Assembly (NCBI RefSeq): GCF_006345805.1
Contig: NC_042997.1
Span: 49,600,001-49,664,000, forward strand
DNA length: 64,000 nt
Direction of reading: 5' to 3'
Source: Octopus sinensis
Taxonomy: Eukaryota
The position numbers and the translations under genes were made by a program. Position 1 is the stretch's first letter. The number at the start of each line of letters is the position of its first letter. The notes under the pieces were generated by a model. That model did not search any database. It was not told where the DNA came from and saw only the letters and a list, made by a program, of their open reading frames with translations. Below are positions 49,193 to 63,992 of the stretch, piece after piece.

Positions 49193-49494
49193 TTAATCGA
49201 AAGACTGGTTGATTTCGTTATTTTTTCTTCTTTTTGTCTATGTGAGCTACGGGTATTTGCTGTCTGTGGAGTTATGCTGTAGTTAAAAGAATTAGCGGTT
49301 TTTGACTGCTATTTCTAAATTTTCGGTATGCAGTGAAGCAACCTTTTGCTAAACCCTTAATTATATTTATAATTATTAAAAAAAAAACTTTATGTATAAG
49401 TTTTTACCGATAATGGTTTATTTTCTATACCGAAGCTACTTGGTGAAATTTGTTAATTATTAAATTAATAATTTTTTATCCTATATCTATAATA

Positions 49495-49561
<67 letters not shown>

Positions 49562-49831
49562 AAGCTTACTTCCGAAGCACATGGTTATGGGTTCAGTCCC
49601 ACTGCCTGGCACATTGGCCAAGTGCTTTATATTGTAGCCTCGGGCTGACCAAAACCTTGTGAGTGAATTTGGTAGACAGATACTGAAAGATCTGTATATA
49701 AAAGTTCAGCAAAATTTAGATTCAAATGAATATGGTACTTAAGTTAGATGTACCAGAATTCTGTTTGGTGTTATCCATATAAATCCATGGGTGATTATAA
49801 TCAAAATAAGCAACAAGAATATATTCGGTAA

Positions 49832-49916
49832 TTTGGTACGATCGTTTCACGCTACATCATTTTATTAAACATTGTAAGTATTACAACAATTTTAAAATGT
49901 TGAGCAATCACCAATT
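49832..49916 (-). ncRNA. Hammerhead relic with a core deletion, same family as 8690
   Basis: Minus strand reads AATTGG [CTGA missing] TGA TTGCT...AGCGT GAAA CGATCG TA CCAAA. Flank is homologous to 8667-8706. Confidence 0.55.
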
Positions 49917-50130
49917 TATAGAGGTTTTCCATTAATACATATCTTCATATTAATTGATAACATTATAGAGAGGGTAGATATATAGACAGAGATGTTGATT
50001 TGAATTTTAAGAACATTAAGGTAGTAGAATTTATCCTCTGACTGAAGAATATTCTGACTTATACACCATTGCTCTTCATATATATATATATATATATTAT
50101 ATATATAATATATATATATATATATATTTA

Positions 50131-50652
50131 CTAGCAGAGATACCCGGCGTTGCCCGGTTACATTCAATTGAAGAATTAGACTTTTCTGTTATATTTTCTG
50201 TAATGAACTGGAATATCTGTTTCGAATTTCATCAAAATTGCAGATGAGAGTTATTTCCCTCTTTACACACCCTAAAAAAATTTGTAATCGTGCCACATGT
50301 ATCCCATACTACTGATTTTTATGCGCATATTCCAAAATTCCAGTGTTATTGAACTTGTTAAAAAGATTTTGCTCCCAAAAAATGAAGGTCATGGAGCTCT
50401 AAAATGTGAGAGTTAAGGCCCCTGTTGGGGGTGGGCATCTTAATGTCAACCAGAGAAATTGAATTGTTGAAAATCTTTTTAACTTGGGTCTTATATCTAT
50501 TGTTTGAATTTCTTTGAAATAGGAAATATATGTTCACTGGGTAAAAGAGACCAAAGCTACAGGAAACCAAAAGACGAATGATCACAATAAGCAGTCAGTT
50601 ACCCTACCCTAGTCGTTACTTGAAGTACCGGTTCAAGAACTATGTTATATAT

Positions 50653-50684
<32 letters not shown>

Positions 50685-50704
50685 CATATATGTATACACA
50701 CACA

Positions 50705-50750
<46 letters not shown>

Positions 50751-50764
50751 TGTGTGTGTATACA

Positions 50765-50835
<71 letters not shown>

Positions 50836-51484
50836 CACACATACACAAACACACACACACCACACAAAGATAAATGATAGATACAACTGATAAGCCTGGT
50901 ACTTCTATCAGTTTCTTCTTGTGAAACCAGTACGTTATAGGGATGTAAATAGACGATCACAAGTTGTGAAGCAGTAATGAGGGAGAAACACGAAGACACA
51001 CACAAAGACTTGCACGAAGACACAAGCCAAGTCACCACACAGTGGGACTGAACTGAGGGCCATGTGTTTTGGAACGAAGTTTGTTACCATACAGCCACAC
51101 CTGCACTTATGTATGTGTGTATGGGTGTATATATGTATGCATATATATATGTGTATATATATGTGTACATATTACATGTGCATCAATATATATATATATA
51201 CAGCTATATATATGTATATATATATATACATCCATATAGATACAATAGAGAGATGTTCTTGTTTCACTTTTAACACGTAATACTGAAATAGTGGAGAAGA
51301 TATGATATTGCTGTGGACTCGCCCTAGGCAAGAAGTTAGAAATCTTTTGCCCATGACACTACATGGACCCTAAGTAAGGCATGTGTAAAATTTGAATGAA
51401 ATTGGTTGTGTAGATCTCAAGTTTTAGGGATTCACATAGACAGACAGACAGACCGACACACATTCTCAGTTTTATATATATAGA
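50131..51484 (-). mobile_element. Helitron termini, possibly one element with nested insertions
   Basis: 3' end CCGGGCAACGCCGGG...CTAG at 50131-50158 and 5' end TCTATATATATAAAA at about 51484. A SINE B remnant and microsatellites lie between. Confidence 0.6.
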
Positions 51485-51492
51485 TAGATAGA

Positions 51493-51528
<36 letters not shown>

Positions 51529-51651
51529 GTATGTATGCATATTTCACCCTCATATTTCTTTTCTCAATCACATTCTTTCTCCAGCCCATCTCTTCATTTT
51601 CCAAAGTATTACCTATTTGATATCACGCAGGGATGTTCTTTCTTTCTCCCT

Positions 51652-51690
<39 letters not shown>

Positions 51691-52401
51691 CTCAATCTCC
51701 ATATTGTAGCTAATTCATCACTAGACATCTCGAAAACCATGCCTTCATTCTAGAGTTTTTCTTTCCTCTTACCAACGCACCTCTCTTACACGACTCTTAC
51801 CAACGCACCTCTCTTACACGACTCTTCCTTTCCCACCTTACTTCCACGCCTCCCTCTATTTATCAGTCTGCTCACGCGATTGCGTATCTCACAAGTTGCT
51901 GAATCCTAAACGGTCAATCTGCCTGTTATCATATTTGTTTAGATAATCTTCAGCTTTGCATTATACTCTCCACCTTTCACCTCTCAAAGTGGCTTTATGT
52001 GTAGGAGAAGACAGGAAAGGTCTTCTCTAGCATGGCTTGATTGGACACCAAATTATCTGGTCTTAACGTCTACTTTCTGCAGTGACCCTTCCAGATGATT
52101 AGGAATTGCTGATTGTAGTACCTTCTCTTTATGCTATTGAAGTATTTTGACAGAATGAATCTGAATTCTCGAAGTATAAACTGCTTTGCACACCAAGCTA
52201 CCTGTAGAACAAAGGAAAAGATTGTTAGATATTTGGTTGTTGGCACGAAATAACTTTCTATACCACCAGTTAGAAACTGGTGCAATGTTGAATGATGTTC
52301 TTCCTGAAAATATAACGTAATGCCAGCAGAAGATTTTAACTGACGTCTGTCTCTTACAAGCAACACACGTACAATCCACACATTCCACAAAACATAAATG
52401 A

Positions 52402-52483
<82 letters not shown>

Positions 52484-53859
52484 GTGTGTGTGTGTGTGTG
52501 TGTGTAACTATGCACGTATATGTAATTATGCACATACATTTGAAATATCGAAGCCCCAATAAAATTGATTCGTATATATAAATGTGTGTGTGTGTATGTA
52601 TGCATATACGTTCATGTACAAAGGCATACAAGCAAACACGCATCACAAACACACATGCATGCGGGTACACCTTGCACTCACACACAAATCTATACTTGTG
52701 AACAGATAGGAGACGAAGCGTTAGATGAGTAGTATACGGCCAGAAATATAATCTATCAAGTTGAACAATCCAGTGTATCAATGATGTTAACTTGATACCT
52801 ATGTCTGTAACCGAGTGTCTGAACGTTCTAAGCTGTTGGATTTGAGTAAAGGGAGGTAATCGGATTCTTATACAAAGGGATTTTTTACCATTTCCGGTAC
52901 GCTATCATTGACAAATGTAAGATAGGACAACTATTCCGACATGTTGTGGCAATAAGCAAATTTCTTTATCACCTGCTCTGGATATTTTACTGCGAAAGGA
53001 AGTAACAATTTTAGTCCAGCTGTTTCCTATTTGTTTCCCACGGCTAGAAAGTAAATTTTGCTATAAATTGTGACCAATTCTGAATAATTTTCTATAATAT
53101 AGCCGTCCTTAAAAGAAAAATCTAAGTAAATTTCTCCTATTCTCCAACGATTAATGTTTTGATCCAAAGAAAACAGGGGTCGTAGATACTGATTTTCTTT
53201 CTCAATCTTCGGAAAACAAAAGCGAATATGCATATTAAAATGAATAGATAAATTTAAGCACCACAGTTAAAACGTATTTGATCACAAGTGTGTTCCGTCG
53301 TCACTGATTTGAAGTTAAACAACAATAATAACAGCAGCGACTTCAAGTGAAATAAAAGAATGTAAAAAGCTAACCATTAATTTATCTAAGTTTAATTTTG
53401 TAAGCGGTGTGTTGATTCGAAAAAGAAACTTCTAAAGTTAAACTATTTCCAATGTATCTACCTTCTCCATATATCAATGTCCTTCGTGTAATTGAAGAGA
53501 AGCAATAAAATAAAAGTAAAATAAAAAAGTAGAAAATATTCCAGAGAGAGAGAGAGGAAGAGGAGGAAGAAGAAGAAGGTATAGTCTGAGGAAAAGGTGG
53601 TATAGTAAAGAATGGCTTTAACACATTGTCGTTTGCGTTTATAATTTAAGGGAGAAAAGTTTTATGTATGTATGTATGTATGTATGTATGTATGTATGTA
53701 TGTATGTATGTATGCATGTATGTATGTAAATAAATACATACATGCCTTTGAATGTCGTATCATATCCCTTCGGCAACATCTTTTAATCACCAAGTGTCGA
53801 AGAGCATCCTTTGATTAAGTTTGCATACATGAAGCTGATAACCTCATAAGACACGCAAG

Positions 53860-54715
53860 ACAGCTCCTTGAGTAGTATTCCTTGTCTGATAACCTCAAAT
53901 ACATGCTCAAAGAAGTCGCACGACTCTAACGCAAGGGAGCATATATGAGCAGAAGACCATGCATGGATATGTTAATAGAAGGCTCAGATATGACAGTGAC
54001 ATCGCCAAAGCAGTCTATCATAGATCAGAAACAGGTTTACTACCTCTCACATTGAAGCGTTTGCAATCCAGGAATAGGAAGTATAAACCAAATACCTGAT
54101 GCACAAAAGGGACAGAGATGCAGGAAAAGCAGTACAATGTGACAATTGATGCAGACTTTGTAGAATTAACACCAAAGATATCATCCACATCATTAACAGT
54201 TGTCCAAAAATGTCATCACGGTTTTATATGCCGATGAGACATGATGTTGTAGCAAAGACACTGTATAACGAAATCCGTCGAAAGGATAACCCCAAGGACA
54301 ATGAAATAAGAACTGACAGTATGGTAGAAGCCATAGACATTCATAGACATATTGGTGGAATGTTTTAGCGAAAACCTCCATAAAATGTAAATACAATAGA
54401 CTTGATATAATGATTTGAGATAGATAAGAAATATTGTGTGCAGTTGTGGAAATTACCTACCCAGCGGATGTTAGCATAAAGCTGAAGATCAGTGAAAGAA
54501 GAGAATACCTACGCTGAACTTATCCAGATTGCAAGTTCAGATTTATACCTGTAATTGTTGGGGCACTGGGATATGTAGCATACTATCCAAATACCAATCT
54601 TGAGAAACTGAGCTTCTCAAAACTAAAGGAGAAAGTTAATCCGAACACTACAGATCCAATCCATTAATCGAACTGTAAAAATCTGTAAAACTTTCCAGAA
54701 GTTTCTCATTTAAGT
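53860..54715 (+). mobile_element. Dong/R4-like non-LTR retrotransposon 3' remnant
   Basis: Decayed AIQE..TKYL, CCHC knuckle CRLC..DIIHIINSC, RHDVVAK, restriction-like endonuclease region (NR.DI...VVEI..P), FIPVIVGALG, TVKICKTF. Confidence 0.8.
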
Positions 54716-54784
54716 ATATATGAGCATGTTCAGATATGCAACTATATGCGTGAGAATACATACATAGAACAAATCTGCACGTAT

Positions 54785-54820
<36 letters not shown>

Positions 54821-55814
54821 CATACATACATGCATACATACATGCATACATACGTACATACATACATACATACATACATACATGCATACATGCATACATG
54901 CATACATACATGCATACATACATGCATACATACATGCATACAAAAATACCCTGTTGTTGATGTTGGAATTCCAATGCAGGAGCCTTGGATCTAGGGTAGA
55001 AACCGACTGTCTATTGGCAAGACATCTCGAAATAAAACTGAAAAATCACACACACACACACACACATATATATATGAGAAGGAAAATAATTATACACTGA
55101 TACGAGGGATTCTCCAAAGTTAGGTCAAATGAAATGAAATACTTTTGTAATAGAAAAACTGGGAGTGAGAAAATAATTAATTTTTGTATCTACAACTTTT
55201 TAAGCTTTACGGAAATGGCAAGTGTTGTTGACAATTTTTAGAACTATAAGTTAATTGTTGCAGGAAACTATATTTCAAAATGTCGGCTCCTTCTATTGTT
55301 ACCAAAAATGTCTCAAATTTATAAGAGAAAGGAAATAATATTTTATATCATTCATATTTTTAATGAGAACAGTGCTGACGCAATAGGAGTGAATTTACGA
55401 TTTTTGGAATGAAAACTATGTTGTGGATTCGACTAATTGAATATACTCGACTGAGTGGCTTCTAAAAGATTCACTACCTCACTCCAGATGGGTGTAATCT
55501 GAGTAAGAGAGCCTTGTGAACTTTTGTAAAAAACCATTTCCCAGAGAGTTGAATTTGCTGTTTGAATCGCTTGAGGTTTAGGTTTGAGGAAACTCAAAGA
55601 GCTGAACACCAGAGAACTGTTGGGAATTCCTGATTTAACTTTATATCTCTTCCCAAAAGAACAAAATAAATAGTGAGCTAAATAGAAACGAAACCTATAC
55701 TCTCTGTTTAAATTGCTAATACGTAACCAGTTACTCACCACGTAATCTTGATAATGCAAAAGTTTTATCTTTCTTGGTTACTAGATTGAGAATGTGTATC
55801 TATTAATTACTTAA

Positions 55815-56005
55815 GTATTGGACAAGGTCAGTAATTTCTAGAGAAACATTGACCCAGTACGTGATTGATTATTTCATTTTATCGACCCGAAAGGATGAAG
55901 CAAAAATAATCAGTGTCAACTTTGAACCCAGAACGTGAAGAACCAAAAGAAACGCCGCTAAGCATTTTTGTTCGACACACTAACAATTCTGCCAGCTCAG
56001 CGTCC
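55815..56005 (-). mobile_element. SINE family A, old copy
   Basis: Diverged reverse-complement match. Confidence 0.65.
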
Positions 56006-57492
56006 TGAGATGTGTATATAATGAGATCGTGTACATAGATTATTACGTGAATGTAAAATTGAAGGCTTAGACTTTTAACTCACCAGTAATTTCATTAATC
56101 AATATTATTATGGCTTACGACTTTTGATAAGACGAGTGAAAGAAATTCTTCTTAGAAATAGATTTGTCACAACAATTTCTTGGGCAAGTTCAGAGAAAAT
56201 TAAAATAAATGAAGAAAATATGTTAAGCTTTATTTATATAATATCTAAAGATAACAAAGTACATGTGTTCTATGAATGTTTCATTTATGATGTAATCACT
56301 TCGTTTACAAGTCTTATGTATACTTCATGGCCCACAATACGCCTTGCAGAGTGTTTAAGTAACAATAATAAAAATGTACTGATAATGTTATATTTTTATA
56401 GCTGGTGGGGTTATGTGTCTTCTGCACAATATTACTAACTGTAAGAAGGGATGGGTCACAACAAATGACATCGTCAGACATAAAAGCGGGATATTTTGCT
56501 ATCATAATGTAGATATATGTATAAAATACTGCATTGGATTTTGTGTTTTATGATTTTGCTATATTTCTATCACATGGCTTCGCCTAATATCTCCGTAATG
56601 CATTTCTAGTCAAATAATAACCGACATTTTGCACGATGCAGGATAAAAGGCATAGTTGACTACGATGGGACTTGAACTTATTAAATTAAAATTAAAATAA
56701 ATTAATAACAAATACTACATGTTCATTGTCTGTTCTGGGGTACCTCAGTATTTTGTATAGTTCACACGGGTTATGTCAACAATACCAGCTATAATGGAAT
56801 ATACTTGAAAAAATGTCTGTGATCTGTACCTTTCTCTTAAATATTGATGGCAAAAGTGAGGGCAATCTTTCTCAATTCCAAATTGAAACTGGTTAAGTAC
56901 TCCGCTCAATTCAAAATCATTTTGAGCTCCGTACTATTTGTCATAATCGAAGTACAATACTGGTGGTTTCTTGTGGCTATGTATACACGCCCTTCAATTA
57001 ATATAGGTCGTTAATTCATTTTTCACGGGTAAAAGCGAAATGAAATGGTCAACTTGGAATGGTGAAAGCGTGTTGTGCGGTTGACTTTCTACAACTTGGA
57101 ACACCTTTTTGCTTTATATCACTCGTTATTCTTTATATCTAATATTGCTTGTGTGTCGTAAAGTACCGTTTTTCAAGATTAGAAACGCATGTTTGATAAG
57201 AGAATAATTTAAATGGATGTCTTAATCTTCGAGCGGGTTATAGAGGAAGTGAATGGCGCTTTTGACAAAGTAACCAAAGAAGTTTATTTTGCAGTTGAAT
57301 AATTTATCAAAACAACTTCACGAATGAAATAAGAAACAAAAACAAAAATAGCGTAAATAACTTTATCCAAACATGTTCCACAATATTATTATTTTTATAA
57401 ACGCTTAACATAACAAGTGCATGCGTTCTGGTCATGTTTAAAGCAAGATTATGGGATTCTTCAGTTGAAGGCGCTATATATATATATTATAT

Positions 57493-57576
<84 letters not shown>

Positions 57577-58726
57577 CATATATACTTCAGTACTCACAAG
57601 ATAGTGCACTTGTTTTCTTTATTTGTTTTCTGTTTTGATAATTTTTTTCCTCATTTATATCTTACTGTCTTATATGAGAAAGATTCTCTAAAAAGCTTTC
57701 AGAAGCAAGAAATAAACCTTTTACGTCAGCTTCCTTTACAAACATTTCTAATCTCGCTTTTTTTTCTCTCTCTCTCTCTTTTGACCATTGCAATAGAGAT
57801 CATGTAAAGTTGTTTAAGAAAACCATATAATCTCTGGCATCTATGTTGTATGTGTTTGTTAAAAGCTAGAAAAGTTCTTTAATAATCTTATCCAAAATAG
57901 GAAATGACAGAATGACAAGTTAAATATTTCATGCTAATACAACTGGAAAATGTTCGATAACTCTGTTTACAAAAGCTGAAATTTTAACTTAGTACTTCCT
58001 CTCCGTTTATTAACATTAGTGACTATTGTAATGTATGTGACGAGTCGTTTCTACCTTATATACATCAGACTATTTAGTGCGTTCATCTTAGAGTTATATT
58101 CTCGAAGGATATTCAGAAATACCTGTAACGAGCTGTAGTGTAATCAATTGATTTGTTCTTTTACCATTAGAAAATAAGCTTTAAATATATAATACAAATG
58201 TCGGTGCTAACGTAATGTTGATAGCCAGGGAACTTTAATAAAATTTCATCCATCCTGAAGAGAAAATATCATCAACTTTATCATAAATTCTGGCTGAAAA
58301 AGATAGGAAAGAGAATCCAAAATTTCAAATTAATACAAATCAAAATCATATTTTAATACCATATTTTTAGCATCAATTTTAAAACAGTAGCTAGGAAGGA
58401 TGATCAAGTTTACTAAGCGGTTTGTTTCGGCTCGTCTTAAAGCTACCTATTCAGTTACATTCCAGTGGCTACTAAAAAACGCACACTACTTTACGGAAAA
58501 GTAAATGTAATCAGGTAAGGTTTACCATTATTTACAGAGCGGTGCCAATGTTGGTCGTTATGAATGGCAATTCCCACCTTATATAGTAATTTTTCGAAAC
58601 TTTTGGGCAACATCTCCAAAAAATCGTGGTTTCCCCACTGGTATTTAAGACAGTAGAGTGTGATGTATGAAAAATTTGTTGCCATTTCTAACAAACTGAG
58701 TTGCCCGCTAGAGGTTCCCGTAGCTC

Positions 58727-59143
58727 TCTTTTACTCTTTACTCTTTTACTTGTTTCAGTCATTTGACCGCGGCCATGCTGGAGCACCGCCTTTTAATCGA
58801 GCAACTCGACCCCGGGACTTATTCTTTGTAAACCCAGTACTTATTCTATCGGACTCTTTTGCTGAACCGCTAAGTGACGGGGACATAAACACACCAGCAT
58901 CGGTTGTCAAGCAATGCTAGGGGGACAAACACAGACACACAAACATACACGTACACACATACATATATATATACATATATACGACAGGCTTCTTTCAGTT
59001 TCCGTCTACCAAATCCACTCACAGGGCTTTGGTTGGCCTGAGGCTATAGTAGAAGACACTTGCCCAAGGTGCCACGCAGTGGGACTGAACCCGGAACCAT
59101 GTGGTTGGTAAACAAGCTACTTACCACACAGCCATTCCTGCGC
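58727..59143 (-). mobile_element. SINE family B, full length and young
   Basis: Near-consensus copy with a (TTTACTC)n-type tail on the plus strand. Confidence 0.92.
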
Positions 59144-59799
59144 TGTTAATTGTACATTGGTAAGTGAATATACTCTTCGAAGTACTGAGTCCAAACCCAA
59201 ACAGGTGCCAGAAGATGATGAGAGAAAACTACTCAATGTAAACCTCCTTTGAAACATTGCATATTTGTCAACCCTGCCATCTTTTTTCTATGTCAAACCA
59301 CCATTGTGATTTTAAATGTCACTTGTTCTTTGCCATTTTGTTTTCCAATGTGTCTCATTTTTTTCTGTCATATAATCTCCATTCTTTTTCTTTACTCTTT
59401 TCTTCCTATATCTCACTGTCTCGTTATTCCCTTGTCTTTCTTTTTCTCTTCTACCGTTCGATTCTATATCGCTTTTTATCTGAGTTTCAGTCTCTTAAAT
59501 TGCACATCTGACTTTTCCACCACACCTCCCCCCTCTCAGTAAATATCTGCTTCTCTGTTTAACTGACTCATTCTATTTTCATTCTTTAATTCTTTACTTT
59601 TTTTTTCTAAGTCTGTAGATCGTCTTTATCCTCCTTTCTTAGCTTCACTCGCCTCCTCTCTCTCTCCCTCTTTCTCTCCCTCTCCCCTCTCTCCCCCTCT
59701 CTCTCTTTGTGCTTATCTCTGTTAAGTGTCATGGATGGGCCATAGAAGAAGAGAAAGTGGAAAATAATAACAAAGAAGAAAAAGAAGAAGAGGAGGAAA

Positions 59800-60237
59800 G
59801 AAGAAGATGATGATGAAGGGGAAGATGATGATGATAATGATGATGATGATGATGGTGGTGATGGTGATGATGATGATGATGATGATGAAATGGAGAGAAA
59901 GAAAACTACAAGGCCGTCTCTACAGTATTGTATCTTAAAAAGAAATAAAAACAAAAAAAAAAGGCAAAATGGTTCCGCCCACCCGCGAGTAAAGAAAAGA
60001 ATCCTAAAATGAAATACCAAACCCAACGGATGTCTTTTACTCTCTTCTCTGTGTTCTTTCATTGAAACCAAAATAAAGAAAATAATAAAACACTAAAGCT
60101 ATGTTGCAAATGAAATTTAATATTTTGCGGCGATAATGGGAGAGACTGGAGAGATCGAGAGAGAAAGATTGAGAGGAAATAAGAGAGAGGAGAGAGAGAG
60201 AGTGAGTGAGAGAGAGAGAGTATGAGAGTGAGAGAAT

Positions 60238-60276
<39 letters not shown>

Positions 60277-60460
60277 AGAGTGAGAATGAGAGAATGAGAA
60301 TGAAAGAATAAAATGAAGGATAAGGGAGAGAGAGAGAAAGTGAGAATGAGAGAGATCGAGCGAGAATGAAAGAGAGTGAGAAAGTGAGAGAGAGTGTGAG
60401 TGAAAAGGAGACAGACAGACAGACAGAGAGAGACAGAGAAAGAAAGAGAAAAAGAGATTC
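59800..60460. repeat. (GAT)n and GA-rich low-complexity tracts
   Basis: Seen directly. Confidence 0.85.
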
Positions 60461-61397
60461 TTGGAGAAGCAAAACGATGCTGTTACTATGTCTGTTTTTT
60501 TTTTCTCAAAATGTGTAGAAATATATTGGTATAGTTGAAGACCCAGTCTAAAAGACATACATTTTTTTTGTAAAATTCAGTTAACTTGTTTAGTTTATTA
60601 TTTAAGTTTATTTTATTTTATGCTTCAAATATATTGCTATTTATTTATTTATTTATTTGCTGATCTGTGAACTGAAATGGAATATTTCTGTATCTGTATA
60701 TATATGCGGCATCGTGTGGTTAACAAACAAATACTTAACTCATTGCATGAAAACCTCAGATTGAATTCAAAATGTATTGGTTGGCTAAAAACGGTTTGCA
60801 GTTCTTTTAGCAAGCTTTCTTAGACATCATCATCATCATCATATTCTGTGAAATTTCTTAAAACAATGGAAGGTCAAAACAGACAGCGTGGGAAGTGGGG
60901 CCTAGTTGAAATGATGATGATGATGGTGTTGGTGGTGTTGGTGGTGGCAGCGATGACAATGATGATAATGATGGTGGTGGGTGTTGATGAAGACGGTGTA
61001 GTGAAGCTGGTGATGATGAGTTAAAGAAAGATAGAGTAGGAAGTTGGCGGTTCGGCAGATTGAGGGATTTATGCAAACAACAACAACAAAAAATAATCAA
61101 TACGGAGAGAAAAATAAAGCGAGTCTTGCATATCCGTTTCCATATGGACGCCAGCTTTTAAAAACCTTCGACTTCTTGAAAATGAACGAATTGATGGAAG
61201 TCATAATCTCAAGGGTTCTCGACCCGATTTTTCTCATCGGCAATTTCCGGTGAAATTCGCTGACACAATTTTCAGACTTTTTTTCTCTTTCCTTTTTTTT
61301 CTTTAGTCTAGTCCCACAATCCTTAATTCACAAACCTTTTGTTGTTTGGAGGATTTCGCAAATAAGGGAAACATTTAATACTAAAAAGAAATATTAA

Positions 61398-61618
61398 CCC
61401 TTTAGCGTTCAAACCGGCTGTATCAGGCCCAAATATTCTTCCTGCTTTGTGTTAGAACTGACCAAATAAGGCCCCTTACATCTACTCTATGATGTCATTT
61501 TAAAAATAAACAATCATATCGTTTGAAATCTGGAAGCTACAAGATAATGTATGATGAATTTAAAGCAATGTGAATAAATATGCGTTACATTTGACAGGGT
61601 AGTCTGAATGCTAGAGTA
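61398..61618. mobile_element. piggyBac-like MITE
   Basis: TTAA flanks at 61394-61397 and 61619-61622. TIR CCCTTTAGCGTTCAAAC with decayed partner GTCTGAATGCTAGAGTA. Confidence 0.7.
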
Positions 61619-62487
61619 TTAAACCAATTGTTAGCGGTCACTTCTGACTGACAATAATTGCAGTATTTGAACTTATCTTCCCGTCAGCTAAAGAAACTCT
61701 TGTTAATTTCAAAATACACAACTCTAAAAATACTGTAAAATGCGAGCCGACGAGAGAGACTCGACGCGGATACAGTCTGTTTGATCGATCAGATCTCAAT
61801 CGATCTCTTTCGCTCGAATCAAAGAAAGAAACTATGCCTTCATTTAAATTTTGCGTTAGATGTAGTTCATTAATGTAAAAATAATCAATATCAGATACTC
61901 AATGTTTATGTTTTGTTAAACGCTTATAGCTGCGTGATTTCGTTTAAACGAGGTCCCTTTAAAGACGTAAAGTGTTAAAAATCAATGTTTTCGTTGATTT
62001 TTTTCCAGTTGATGATACTAACCGTTGGTAGCAACTGTTAACTGAAGAATCCTTGACTCTATTCCCAGCGAAAACTCTGCTAATAATAACTAGCAAATCT
62101 TCGTCTATTGTCTTAAATTAGAAAAAAAGGATATACTGCATTATGTAAATATAGTTGCTGAAATATATAAAAAAAACGCCTTTGATCATAAAACTGCTAG
62201 ATCAGACTTAACCTCGATATAGAGAGCATCAACAACAATAATAACGGCGTCAGAAACAACAGCTACAGCATTTACAATAACAACATTACAGAGATGGCTG
62301 AACTGTACTTTTTCTATATAATGGGTGCAAACGTGGCTGAGTGATCAAGAAAATTGCTTCCCAACTACGTGATCTTGGGTTCAGTCACATGGCATGGTAT
62401 ATATATGGCATATATATATAGGGCGGTGCCCCAGCATGGCTGCAGTCTAATGACTGAAACAAGTAAAGGATAAAAGGATATATATAT

Positions 62488-62665
62488 AGTTGAAATTTAC
62501 AGAAAACAAAAGACGAAGACAGGTGTGTAAACAAGGTGAATTAGTTTAACGCTCAGCAAAATGAAAAAGTCTTTTACGTTTCGAGCCTACGCTCTTCAAC
62601 AGGAAGGAACACGAGGAAATAAACAGAGAGGGAATTAAAAAAAAACTTGAGGATTTAGCGGTCGT
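62488..62665 (-). repeat. Repeat family D
   Basis: Reverse-complement match to 17640-17806. Confidence 0.8.
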
Positions 62666-62823
62666 GTGTGCGCGTATGTGTTCGTGTGTGTGCATGTGTG
62701 TTATGTTTGTCTTCACTCACGCTTCACAACCTGTATTAGTATGTTTACATCCTTGCGATTTAGCAGTTCGGTAAAAGAAACAGATAGTATAAGTACCCGA
62801 CTTTTAAGAATAAAATATGAACA

Positions 62824-62985
62824 GGCGCAGGGGTGGCTGTGTGGTAAGAATCTCGTTTCTCAACCACATGGTTCTGGGTTCAGTCCCACTGCATAGTACC
62901 TTGGACAAGTGTCTTCTACTATAGCCTCAGGCCGACCACAGCCTTGTGAGTGGATTTGGTGGACGGAAACTGAAAGAAGCCCGTC

Positions 62986-63033
<48 letters not shown>

Positions 63034-63235
63034 ATATGTATGTATTTGTGCGTCTGTGTTTGACCCCTACCATCGCTTGACAACCGATGCTGGTTTGTTA
63101 ACGTCCCCGTAATCTAGCGGTTCGGCAATAGAGACGATAGAATGAGTACTAGGCTTACAAGAATAAGTTCGACTAAAATCCCCTTCAAGGCGGTGTCCCA
63201 GCATGACTGCAATGCAATGACTGAAACACCTGAAA
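62824..63235 (+). mobile_element. SINE family B
   Basis: Match to family B with an internal (TA)n. Confidence 0.88.
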
Positions 63236-63844
63236 GACAAAAGGCAAATATCTATTCACCCAATGTTTATAGATTTGTGTCTTCATCTCTTTTAGAGAAG
63301 AAAAATGATAAATATGATGCTTTTATAAAGAAGTATGATTACCGACGGCTATTCTTCCGCTCAGATTATCGGGGAGTGACGTATATGCTGTAAGGGAAAT
63401 TTGTACAAACATCCAATTCTATTGTTAATGAAATGGTTGGCTGTATAATTACTTTAACACCAGATTACTCGTAAAAAATATACGAGAGGGAAAACACTTG
63501 AATTAACTCGATGGAGAACAGGTTTTTGCAATCGACTTGATAAATTGTGACATTGGAGTTGTTGAGAATATCATCATAAAATATGACCTTTGTATCAAAT
63601 GACACACATTCAGATATAAACATAAATATAAACACAAAAACAAACAATACAATTTGGGCGTTGTTTTGTCATTATCTTATCTCCTTTGACAAGCAAGTCA
63701 CCAAAGGTAACGGAAGAAAGGAATGAAAGAAACCGAAAGAAAGATATGCTTTACTATAATTCTCCGTATGTGTATATGTGGTCTGTGTGTGAATGCGTGT
63801 GTATCTCTGTGTATTTACGAGTTTATATAAATGCCTAAACAGAC

Positions 63845-63992
<148 letters not shown>

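Noticed and set aside
51766-51826. 28-bp tandem duplication, and the 34-bp minisatellite at 24229, as CRISPR-like arrays
   Set aside because: No unique spacers, no cas genes, and the context is eukaryotic.
56150-56490. CTGACGA TGTCA...TGAC motif and a related motif on minus
   Set aside because: GAAA and the cleavage triplet are missing.
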